Source: the human T2T-CHM13v2.0 reference genome, Homo sapiens
Length of the DNA: 64,000 nucleotides
NCBI RefSeq assembly: GCF_009914755.1
Contig: NC_060925.1
Direction: 5' to 3' (one strand)
Made by a program: the position numbers and the translations under genes. Each line of letters opens with the position of its first letter. Within the stretch, counting starts at the first letter, position 1. Below the pieces are notes generated by a model. It saw only the letters and a list, made by a program, of their open reading frames with translations. It made no database searches and was not told the DNA's origin. Positions 28,101-41,737 of the stretch are shown piece after piece.

Positions 28101-31100
28101 ATCTTCTAATGGAAAGGAACGGAATCATCGCATAGAATCGAATGGAATTATCATCGAATGGAATCGAATGGTATCAACACCAAACGGAAAAAAACGGAAT
28201 TATCGAATGGAATCGAAGAGAATCTTCGAACGGACCCGAATGGAATCATCTAATGGAATGGAATGGAATAATCCATGGACTCGAATGCAATCATCATCGA
28301 ATGGAATGGAATGGAATCATCGAATGGACTCGAATGGAATAATCATTGAACGGAATCGAATGGAATCATCATCGGATGGAAACGAATGGAATCATCATCG
28401 AATGGAAATGAAAGGAGTCATCATCTAATGGAATTGCATGGAATCATCATCAAATGGAATCGAATGGAATCAACATCAAATGGAATCAAATGGAATCATT
28501 GAACGGAATTGAATGGAATCGTCATCGAATGAATTGACTGCAATCATCGAATGGTCTCGAATGGAATCATCTTCAAATGGAATGGAATGGAATCATCGCA
28601 TAGAATCGAATGGAATTATCATCGAATGGAATCGAATGGAATCAACATCAAACGGAAAAAAACGGAATTATCGAATGGAATCGAAGAGAATCATCGAATG
28701 GACCCGAATGGAATCATCTAATGGAATGGAATGGAATAATCCATGGACTCGAATGCAATCATCATCGAATGGAATCGAATGGAATCATCGAATGGACTCG
28801 AATGGAATAATCATTGAACGGAATCGAATGGAATCATCATCGGATGGAAATGAATGGAATCATCATCGAATGGAATCGAATAGAATTATGGAATGAAATC
28901 CAGTGTGATCATCATCGAATGTACCCGAATGGAATCATCATCCAACGGAAGCTAATGGAATCAACATCGAATGAATCGAATGGAAACACCATCGAATTGA
29001 AACGAATGGAATTATCATGAAATTGAAATGGATGGACTCATCATGGAATGGGTTCGAATAGAATCATCGAATAAAATTGATTGAAATCATCATCCAATGG
29101 AATCGAATGGTATCATTGAATGGAATCGAATGGAATCATCATCAGATGGAAATGAATGGAATCGTCATAGAATGGAATCGAATGGATTCATTGAATGGAA
29201 TCAGATGGAATCATCGAATGGACTGAAATGGAATCATTGAATGGACTCGAAAGGGATCATGATTGAATGGAATTGAATGGAATCATCGAATGGTCTCGAT
29301 TGGAATCATTATCAAATGGAATGGAATGGAATCATCGAATAGAATCGAATGGAACAATCATCGAATGGACTCAAATGGAATTATCCTCCAATGGAATCGA
29401 ATGGAATTATCGAATGCAATCGAATGGAATTATTGAATGCAATCGAATAGAATCATCGAATGGACTCGAATGGAATCATCGAATGGAATGGAATGGAACA
29501 GTCAATGAACTCGAATGGAATCATCATTGAATGGAATCGAATGGAATCATCGAGTGGAATCGAATGGAATTATGATCAAATGGAATCGAATGTAATCATC
29601 ATCAAATGGAATCAAAAATAACCATCATCAATTGGTATTGAATGGAATTGTCATCAAATGGAATTCAAAGGAATCATCATCAAATGGAACCGAATGGAAT
29701 CCTCATTGAATGGAAATGAAAGGGGTCATCATCTAATGGAATCGCATGGAATCATCATCAAATGGAATCGAATGGAATCATCATCAAATGGAATCTAATG
29801 GAATCATTGAACAGAAATGAATGGAATCGTCATCGAATGAATTGAATGCAATCATCGAATGGTCTCGAATGGAATCATCTTCTAATGGAAAGGAATGGAA
29901 TCATCGCATAGAATCGAATGGAATTATCATCGAATGGAATCGAATGGTATCAACACCAAACGGAAAAAAACGGAATTATCGAATGGAATCGAAGAGAATC
30001 TTCGAACGGACCCGAATGGAATCATCTAATGGAATGGAATGGAATAATCCATGGACTCGAATGCAATCATCATCGAATGGAATGGAATGGAATCATCGAA
30101 TGGACTCGAATGGAATAATCATTGAACGGAATCGAATGGAATCATCATCGGATGGAAACGAATGGAATCATGATCGAATGGAAATGAAAGGAGTCATCAT
30201 CTAATGGAATTGCATGGAATCATCATAAAATGGAATCGAATGGAATCAACATCAAATGGAATCAAATGGAATCATTGAACGGAATTGAATGGAATCGTCA
30301 TCGAATGAATTGACTGCAATCATCGAATGGTCTCGAATGGAATCATCTTCAAATGGAATGGAATGGAATCATCGCATAGAATCGAATGGAATTATCATCG
30401 AATGGAATCGAATGGAATCAACATCAAACGGAAAAAAACGGAATTATCGAATGGAATCGAAGAGAATCATCGAATGGACCCGAATGGAATCATCTAATGG
30501 AATGGAATGGAATAATCCATGGACTCGAATGCAATCATCATCGAATGGAATCGAATGGAATCATCGAATGGACTCGAATGGAATAATCATTGAACGGAAT
30601 CGAATGGAATCATCATCGGATGGAAATGAATGGAATCATCATCGAATGGAATCGAATAGAATTATGGAATGAAATCCAGTGTGATCATCATCGAATGGAC
30701 CCGAATGGAATCATCATCCAACAGAAGCTAATGGAATCAACATCGAATGAATCGAATGGAAACACCATCGAATTGAAACGAATGGAATTATCATGAAATT
30801 GAAATGGATGGACTCATCATCGAATGGATTCGAATGGAATCATCGAATAAAATTGATTGAAATCATCATCCAATGGAATCGAATGGTATCATTGAATGGA
30901 ATCGAATGGAATCATCATCAGATGGAAATGAATGGAATCGTCATAAAATGGAATCGAATGGATTCATTGAATGGAATCAGATGGAATCATCGAATGGACT
31001 GGAATGGAATCATTGAATGGACTCGAAAGGGATCATGATTGAATGGAATTGAATGGAATCATCGAATGGTCTCGATTGGAATCATTATCAAATGGAATCG

Positions 31101-34100
31101 AATGGAATCACCGAATAGAATCGAATGGAACAATCATCGAATGGACTCAAATGGAATTATCCTCCAATGGAATCGAATGGAATTATCGAATGCAATCGAA
31201 TGGAATTATCGAATGCAATCGAATAGAATCATCGAATGGACTCGAATGGAATCATCGAATGGAATGGAATGGAACAGTCAATGAACTCGAATGGAATCAT
31301 CATTGAATGGAATCGAATGGAATCATCGAGTGGAATCGAATGGAATTATGATCAAATGGAATCTAATGTAATCATCATCCAATGGAATCAAAAATAACCA
31401 TCATCAATTGGTATTGAATGGAATTGTCATCAAATGGAATTCAAAGGAATCATCATCAAATGGAACCGAATGGAATCCTCATTGAATGGAAATGAAAGGG
31501 GTCATCATCTAACGGAATCGCATGGAATCATCATCAAATGGAATCTAATGGAATCATTGAACAGAATTGAATGGAATCGTCATCGAATGAATTGAATGCA
31601 ATCATCGAATGGTCTCGAATGGAATCATCTTCTAATGGAAAGGAATGGAATCATCGCATAGAATCGAATGGAATTATCATCGAATGGAATCGAATGGTAT
31701 CAACACCAAACGGAAAAAAACGGAATTATCGAATGGAATCGAAGAGAATCTTCGAACGGACCCGAATGGAATCATCTAATGGAATGGAATGGAATAATCC
31801 ATGGACTCGAATGCAATCATCATCGAATGGAATGGAATGGAATCATCGAATGGACTCGAATGGAATAATCATTGAACGGAATCGAATGGAATCATCATCG
31901 GATGGAAACGAATGGAATCATCATCGAATGGAAATGAAAGGAGTCATCATCTAATGGAATTGCATGGAATCATCATAAAATGGAATCGAATGGAATCAAC
32001 ATCAAATGGAATCAAATGGAATCATTGAACGGAATTGAATGGAATCGTCATCGAATGAATTGACTGCAATCATCGAATGGTCTCGAATGGAATCATCTTC
32101 AAATGGAATGGAATGGAATCATCGCATAGAATCGAATGGAATTATCATCGAATGGAATCGAATGGAATCAACATCAAACGGAAAAAAACGGAATTATCGA
32201 ATGGAATCGAAGAGAATCATCGAATGGACCCGAATGGAATCATCTAATGGAATGGAATGGAATAATCCATGGACTCGAATGCAATCATCATCGAATGGAA
32301 TCGAATGGAATCATCGAATGGACTCGAATGGAATAATCATTGAACGGAATCGAATGGAATCATCATCGGATGGAAATGAATGGAATCATCATCGAATGGA
32401 ATCGAATAGAATTATGGAATGAAATCCAGTGTGATCATCATCGAATGGACCCGAATGGAATCATCATCCAACGGAAGCTAATGGAATCAACATCGAATGA
32501 ATCGAATGGAAACACCATCGAATTGAAACGAATGGAATTATCATGAAATTGAAATGGATGGACTCATCATCGAATGGATTCGAATGGAATCATCGAATAA
32601 AATTGATTGAAATCATCATCGAATGGAATCGAATGGTATCATTGAATGGAATCGAATGGAATCATCATCAGATGGAAATGAATGGAATCGTCATAGAATG
32701 GAATCGAATGGATTCATTGAATGGAATCAGATGGAATCATCGAATGGACTGGAATGGAATCATTGAATGGACTCGAAAGGGATCATGATTGAATGGAATT
32801 GAATGGAATCATCGAATGGTCTCGATTGGAATCATTATCAAATGGAATCGAATGGAATCACCGAATAGAATCGAATGGAACAATCATCGAATGGACTCAA
32901 ATGGAATTATCCTCAAATGGAATCGAATGGAATTATCGAATGCAATCGAATGGAATTATCGAATGCAATCGAATAGAATCATCGAAAGGACTCGAATGGA
33001 ATCATCGAATGGAATGGAATGGAACAGTCAATGAACTCGAATGGAATCATCATTGAATGGAATCGAATGGAATCATCGAGTGGAATCGAATGGAATTATG
33101 ATCAAATGGAATCGAATGTAATCATCATCAAATGGAATCAAAAATAACCATCATCAATTGGTATTGAATGGAATTGTCATCAAATGGAATTCAAAGGAAT
33201 CATCATCAAATGGAACCGAATGGAATCCTCATTGAATGGAAATGAAAGGGGTCATCATCTAATGGAATCGCATGGAATCATCATCAAATGGAATCGAATG
33301 GAATCATCATCAAATGGAATCTAATGGAATCATTGAACAGAATTGAATGGAATCGTCATCGAATGAATTGAATGCAATCATCGAATGGTCTCGAATGGAA
33401 TCATCTTCTAATGGAAAGGAATGGAATCATCGCATAGAATCGAATGGAATTATCATCGAATGGAATCGAATGGTATCAACACCAAACGGAAAAAAATGGA
33501 ATTATCGAATGGAATCGAAGAGAATCTTCGAACGGACCCGAATGGAATCATCTAATGGAATGGAATGGAATAATCCATGGACTCGAATGCAATCATCATC
33601 GAATGGAATGGAATGGAATGGAATCATCGAATGGACTCGAATGGAATAATCATTGAACGGAATCGAATGGAATCATCATCGGATGGAAACGAATGGAATC
33701 ATCATCGAATGGAAATGAAAGGAGTCATCATCTAATGGAATTGCATGGAATCATCATAAAATGGAATCGAATGGAATCAACATCAAATGGAATCAAATGG
33801 AATCATTGAACGGAATTGAATGGAATCGTCATCGAATGAATTGACTGCAATCATCGAATGGTCTCGAATGGAATCATCTTCAAATGGAATGGAATGGAAT
33901 CATCGCATAGAATCGAATGGAATTATCATCGAATGGAATCGAATGGAATCAACATCAAACGGAAAAAAACGGAATTATCGAATGGAATCGAAGAGAATCA
34001 TCGAATGGACCCGAATGGAATCATCTAATGGAATGGAATGGAATAATCCATGGACTCGAATGCAATCATCATCGAATGGAATCGAATGGAATCATCGAAT

Positions 34101-37100
34101 GGACTCGAATGGAATAATCATTGAACGGAATCGAATGGAATCATCATCGGATGGAAATGAATGGAATCATCATCGAATGGAATCGAATAGAAATATGGAA
34201 TGAAATCCAGTGTGATCATCATCGAATGGACCCGAATGGAATCATCATCCAACGGAAGCTAATGGAATCAACATCGAATGAATCGAATGGAAACACCATC
34301 GAATTGAAACGAATGGAATTATCATGAAATTGAAATGGATGGACTCATCATCGAATGGATTCGAATGGAATCATCGAATAAAATTGATTGAAATCATCAT
34401 CGAATGGAATCGAATGGTATCATTGAATGGAATCGAATGGAATCATCATCAGATGGAAATGAATGGAATCGTCATAGAATGGAATCGAATGGATTCATTG
34501 AATGGAATCAGATGGAATCATCGAATGGACTGGAATGGAATCATTGAATGGACTCGAAAGGGATCATTATTGAATGGAATTGAATGGAATCATCGAATGG
34601 TCTCGATTGGAATCATTATCAAATGGAATCGAATGGAATCACCGAATAGAATCGAATGGAACAATCATCGAATGGACTCAAATGGAATTATCCTCCAATG
34701 GAATCGAATGGAATTATCGAATGCAATCGAATGGAATTATCGAATGCAATCGAATAGAATCATCGAATGGACTCGAATGGAATCATCGAATGGAATGGAA
34801 TGGAACAGTCAATGAACTCGAATGGAATCATCATTGAATGGAATCGAATGGAATCATCGAGTGGAATCGAATGGAATTATGATCAAATGGAATCGAATGT
34901 AATCATCATCAAATGGAATCAAAAATAACCATCATCAATTGGTATTGAATGGAATTGTCATCAAATGGAATTCAAAGGAATCATCATCAAATGGAACCGA
35001 ATGGAATCCTCATTGAATGGAAATGAAAGGGGTCATCATCTAATGGAATCGCATGGAATCATCATCAAATGGAATCGAATGGAATCATCATCAAATGGAA
35101 TCTAATGGAATCATTGAACAGAATTGAATGGAATCGTCATCGAATGAATTGAATGCAATCATCGAATGGTCTCGAATGGAATCATCTTCTAATGGAAAGG
35201 AATGGAATCATCGCATAGAATCGAATGGAATTATCATCGAATGGAATCGAATGGTATCAACACCAAACGGAAAAAAACGGAATTATCGAATGGAATCGAA
35301 GAGAATCTTCGAACGGACCCGAATGGAATCATCTAATGGAATGGAATGGAATAATCCATGGACTCGAATGCAATCATCATCGAATGGAATCGAATGGAAT
35401 CATCGAATGGACTCGAATGGAATAATCATTGAACGGAATCGAATGGAATCATCATCGGATGGAAACGAATGGAATCATCATCGAATGGAAATGAAAGGAG
35501 TCATCATCTAATGGAATTGCATGGAATCATCATAAAATGGAATCGAATGGAATCAACATCAAATGGAATCAAATGGAATCATTGAACGGAATTGAATGGA
35601 ATCGTCATCGAATGAATTGACTGCAATCATCGAATGGTCTCGAATGGAATCATCTTCAAATGGAATGGAATGGAATCATCGCATAGAATCGAATGGAATT
35701 ATCATCGAATAGAATCGAATGGAATCAACATCAAACGGAAAAAAACAGAATTATCGTATGGAATCGAAGAGAATCATCGAATGGACCCGAATGGAATCAT
35801 CTAATGGAATGGAATGGAATAATCCATGGACTCGAATGCAATCATCATCGAATGGAATCGAATGGAATCATCGAATGGACTCGAATGGAATAATCATTGA
35901 ACGGAATCGAATGGAATCATCATCGGATGGAAATGAATGGAATCATCATCGAATGGAATCGAATAGAATTATGGAATGAAATCCAGTGTGACCATCATCG
36001 AATGGACCCGAATGGAATCATCATCCAACGGAAGCTAATGGAATCAACATCGAATGAATCGAATGGAAACACCATCGAATTGAAACGAATGGAATTATCA
36101 TGAAATTGAAATGGATGGACTCATCATCGAATGGATTCGAATGGAATCATCGAATAAAATTGATTGAAATCATCATCCAATGGAATCGAATGGTATCATT
36201 GAATGGAATCGAATGGAATCATCATCAGATGGAAATGAATGGAATCGTCATAGAATGGAATCGAGTGGATTCATTGAATGGAATCACATGGAATCATCGA
36301 ATGGACTGGAATGGAATCATTGAATGGACTCGAAAGGGATCATGATTGAATGGAATTGAATGGAATCATCGAATGGTCTCGATTGGAATCATTATCAAAT
36401 GGAATCGAATGGAATCACCGAATAGAATCGAATGGAACAATCATCGAATGGACTCAAATGGAATTATCCTCAAATGGAATCGAATGGAATTATCGAATGC
36501 AATCGAATGGAATTATCGAATGCAATCGAATAGAATCATCGAAAGGACTCGAATGGAATCATCGAATGGAATGGAATGGAACAGTCAATGAACTCGAATG
36601 GAATCATCATTGAATGGAATCCAATGGAATCATCGAGTGGAATCGAATGGAATTATGATCAAATGGAATCTAATGTAATCATCATCAAATGGAATCAAAA
36701 ATAACCATCATCAATTGGTATTGAATTGAATTGTCATCAAATGGAATTCAAAGGAATCATCATCAAATGGAACCGAATGGAATCCTCATTGAATGGAAAT
36801 GAAAGGGGTCATCATCTAATGGAATCGCATGGAATCATCATCAAATGGAATCGAATGGAATCATCATCAAATGGAATCTAATGGAATCATTGAACAGAAT
36901 TGAATGGAATCGTCATCGAATGAATTGAATGCAATCATCGAATGGTCTCGAATGGAATCATCTTCTAATGGAAAGGAATGGAATCATCGCATAGAATCGA
37001 ATGGAATTATCATCGAATGGAATCGAATGGTATCAACACCAAACGGAAAAAAACGGAATTATCGAATGGAATCGAAGAGAATCTTCGAACGGACCCGAAT

Positions 37101-40100
37101 GGAATCATCTAATGGAATGGAATGGAATAATCCATGGACTCGAATGCAATCATCATCGAATGGAATGGAATGGAATCATCGAATGGACTCGAATGGAATA
37201 ATCATTGAACGGAATCGAATGGAATCATCATCGGATGGAAACGAATGGAATCATCATCGAATGGAAATGAAAGGAGTCATCATCTAATGGAATTGCATGG
37301 AATCATCATCAAATGGAATCGAATGGAATCAACATCAAATGGAATCAAATGGAATCATTGAACGGAATTGAATGGAATCGTCATCGAATGAATTGACTGC
37401 AATCATCGAATGGTCTCGAATGGAATCATCTTCAAATGGAATGGAATGGAATCATCGCATAGAATCGAATGGAATTATCATCGAATGGAATCGAATGGAA
37501 TCAACATCAAACGGAAAAAAACGGAATTATCGAATGGAATCGAAGAGAATCATCGAATGGACCCGAATGGAATCATCTAATGGAATGGAATGGAATAATC
37601 CATGGACTCGAATGCAATCATCATCGAATGGAATCGAATGGAATCATCGAATGGACTCGAATGGAATAATCATTGAACGGAATCGAATGGAATCATCATC
37701 GGATGGAAATGAATGGAATCATCATCGAATGGAATCGAATAGAATTATGGAATGAAATCCAGTGTGATCATCATCGAATGGACCCGAATGGAATCATCAT
37801 CCAACGGAAGCTAATGGAATCAACATCGAATGAATCGAATGGAAACACCATCGAATTGAAACGAATGGAATTATCATGAAATTGAAATGGATGGACTCAT
37901 CATGGAATGGGTTCGAATAGAATCATTGAATAAAATTGATTGAAATCATCATCCAATGGAATCGAATGGTATCATTGAATGGAATCGAATGGAATCATCA
38001 TCAGATGGAAATGAATGGAATCGTCATAGAATGGAATCGAATGGATTCATTGAATGGAATCAGATGGAATCATCGAATGGACTGAAATGGAATCATTGAA
38101 TGGACTCGAAAGGGATCATTATTGAATGGAATTGAATGGAATCATCGAATGGTCTCGATTGGAATCATTATCAAATGGAATGGAATGGAATCACCGAATA
38201 GAATCGAATGGAACAATCATCGAATGGACTCAAATGGAATTATCCTCCAATGGAATCGAATGGAATTATCGAATGCAATCGAATGGAATTATCGAATGCA
38301 ATCGAATAGAATCATCGAATGGACTCGAATGGAATCATCGAATGGAATGGAATGGAACAGTCAATGAACTCGAATGGAATCATCATTGAATGGAATCGAA
38401 TGGAATCATCGAGTGGAATCGAATGGAATTATGATCAAATGGAATCGAATGTAATCATCATCAAATGGAATCAAAAATAACCATCATCAATTGGTATTGA
38501 ATGGAATTGTCATCAAATGGAATTCAAAGGAATCATCATCAAATGGAACCGAATGGAATCCTCATTGAATGGAAATGAAAGGGGTCATCATCTAATGGAA
38601 TCGCATGGAATCATCATCAAATGGAATCGAATGGAATCATCATCAAATGGAATCTAATGGAATCATTGAACAGAATTGAATGGAATCGTCATCGAATGAA
38701 TTGAATGCAATCATCGAATGGTCTCGAATGGAATCATCTTCTAATGGAAAGGAATGGAATCATCGCATAGAATCGAATGGAATTATCATCGAATGGAATC
38801 GAATGGTATCAACACCAAACGGAAAAAAACGGAATTATCGAATGGAATCGAAGAGAATCTTCGAACGGACCCGAATGGAATCATCTAATGGAATGGAATG
38901 GAATAATCCATGGACTCGAATGCAATCATCATCGAATGGAATGGAATGGAATCATCGAATGGACTCGAATGGAATAATCATTGAACGGAATCGAATGGAA
39001 TCATCATCGGATGGAAACGAATGGAATCATCATCGAATGGAAATGAAAGGAGTCATCATCTAATGGAATTGCATGGAATCATCATAAAATGGAATCGAAT
39101 GGAATCAACATCAAATGGAATCAAATGGAATCATTGAACGGAATTGAATGGAATCGTCATCGAATGAATTGACTGCAATCATCGAATGGTCTCGAATGGA
39201 ATCATCTTCAAATGGAATGGAATGGAATCATCGCATAGAATCGAATGGAATTATCATCGAATGGAATCGAATGGAATCAACATCAAACGGAAAAAAACGG
39301 AATTATCGAATGGAATCGAAGAGAATCATCGAATGGACCCGAATGGAATCATCTAATGGAATGGAATGGAATAATCCATGGACTCGAATGCAATCATCAT
39401 CGAATGGAATCGAATGGAATCATCGAATGGACTCGAATGGAATAATCATTGAACGGAATCGAATGGAATCATCATCGGATGGAAATGAATGGAATCATCA
39501 TCGAATGGAATCGAATAGAATTATGGAATGAAATCCAGTGTGATCATCATCGAATGGACCCGAATGGAATCATCATCCAACGGAAGCTAATGGAATCAAC
39601 ATCGAATGAATCGAATGGAAACACCATCGAATTGAAACGAATGGAATTATCATGAAATTGAAATGGATGGACTCATCATCGAATGGATTCGAATGGAATC
39701 ATCGAATAAAATTGATTGAAATCATCATCAAATGGAATCGAATGGTATCATTGAATGGAATCGAATGGAATCATCATCAGATGGAAATGAATGGAATCGT
39801 CATAGAATGGAATCGAATGGATTCATTGAATGGAATCAGATGGAATCATCGAATGGACTGGAATGGAATCATTGAAGGGACTCGAAAGGGATCATTATTG
39901 AATGGAATTGAATGGAATCATCGAATGGTCTCGATTGGAATCATTATCAAATGGAATCGAATGGAATCACCGAATAGAATCGAATGGAACAATCATAGAA
40001 TGGACTCAAATGGAATTATCCTCCAATGGAATCGAATGGAATTATCGAATGCAATCGAATGGAATTATCGAATGCAATCGAATAGAATCATCGAATGGAC

Positions 40101-40429
40101 TCGAATGGAATCATCGAATGGAATGGAATGGAACAGTCAATGAACTCGAATGGAATCACCATTGAATGGAATCGAATGGAATCATCGAGTGGAATCGAAT
40201 GGAATTATGATCAAATGGAATCGAATGTAATCCTCATCAAATGGAATCAAAAATAACCATCATCAATTGGTATTGAATGGAATTGTCATCAAATGGAATT
40301 CAAAGGAATCATCATCAAATGGAACCGAATGGAATCCTCATTGAATGGAAATGAAAGGGGACATCATCAAATGGAATCGAATGGAATCATCATCAAATGG
40401 AATCTAATGGAATCATTGAACAGAATTGA

Positions 40430-41737
40430 ATGGAATCGTCATCGAATGAATTGAATGCAATCATCGAATGGTCTCGAATGGAATCATCTTCTAATGGAAA
40501 GGAATGGAATCATCGCATAGAATCGAACGGAATTATCATCGAATGGAATCCAATGGTATTAACACCAAACGGAAAAAAACGGAATTATCGAATGGAATCG
40601 AAGAGAATCTTCGAACGGACCCGAATGGAATCATCTAATGGAATGGAATGGAATAATCCATGGACTTGAATGCAATCATCATCGAATGGAATCGAATGGA
40701 ATCATCGAATGGACTCGAATGGAATAATCATTGAACGGAATCGAATGGAATCATCATCGGATGGAAATGAATGGAATCATCATCGAATGGAATCGAATAG
40801 AATTATGGAATGAAATCCAGTGTGATCATCATCGAATGGACCCGAATGGAATCATCATCCAACGGAAGCTAATGGAATCAACATCGAATGAATCGAATGG
40901 AAACACCATCGAATTGAAACGAATGGAATTATCATGAAATTGAAATGGATGGACTCATCATCGAATGGATTCGAATGGAATCATCGAATAAAATTGATTG
41001 AAATCATCATCAAATGGAATCGAATGGTATCATTGAATGGAATCGAATGGAATCATCATCAGATGGAAATGAATGGAATCGTCATAGAATGGAATCGAAT
41101 GGATTCATTGAATGGAATCAGATCGAATCATCAAATGGACTGGAATGGAAACATTGAATGGACTCGAAAGGGATCATTATTGAATGGAATTGAATGGAAT
41201 CATCGAATGGTCTCGATTGGAATCATTACCAAATGGAATCGAATGGAATCACCGAATAGAATCGAATGGAACAATCATCGAATGGACTCAAATAGAATTA
41301 TCCTCAAATGGAATCGAATGGAATTATCGAATGCAATCGAATGGAATTATCGAATGCAATCGAATAGAATCATCGAATGGACTCGAATGGAATCATCGAA
41401 TGGAATGGAATGGAACAGTCAATGAACTCGAATGGAATCATCATTGAATGGAATCGAATGGAATCATCGAGTGGAATCGAATGGAATTATGATCAAATGG
41501 AATCGAATGTAATCATCATCAAATGGAATCAAAAATAACCATCATCAATTGGTATTGAATGGAATTGTCATCAAATGGAATTCAAAGGAATCATCATCAA
41601 ATGGAACCGAATGGAATCCTCATTGAATGGAAATGAAAGGGGTCATCATCTAATGGAATCGCATGGAATCATCATCAAATGGAATCGAATGGAATCATCA
41701 TCAAATGGAATCTAATGGAATCATTGAACAGAATTGA
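40430..41737 (+). repeat. 1308-bp unit with a single A/B hybrid subunit (468-bp deletion)
   Basis: Starts with A markers (TTCTAATGGAAAGG, ATCTTCGAACGG) and ends with B markers (GGAAATGAAT...GAATAGAATTATGG). Spacing is 1776 minus 468. Confidence 0.9.
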
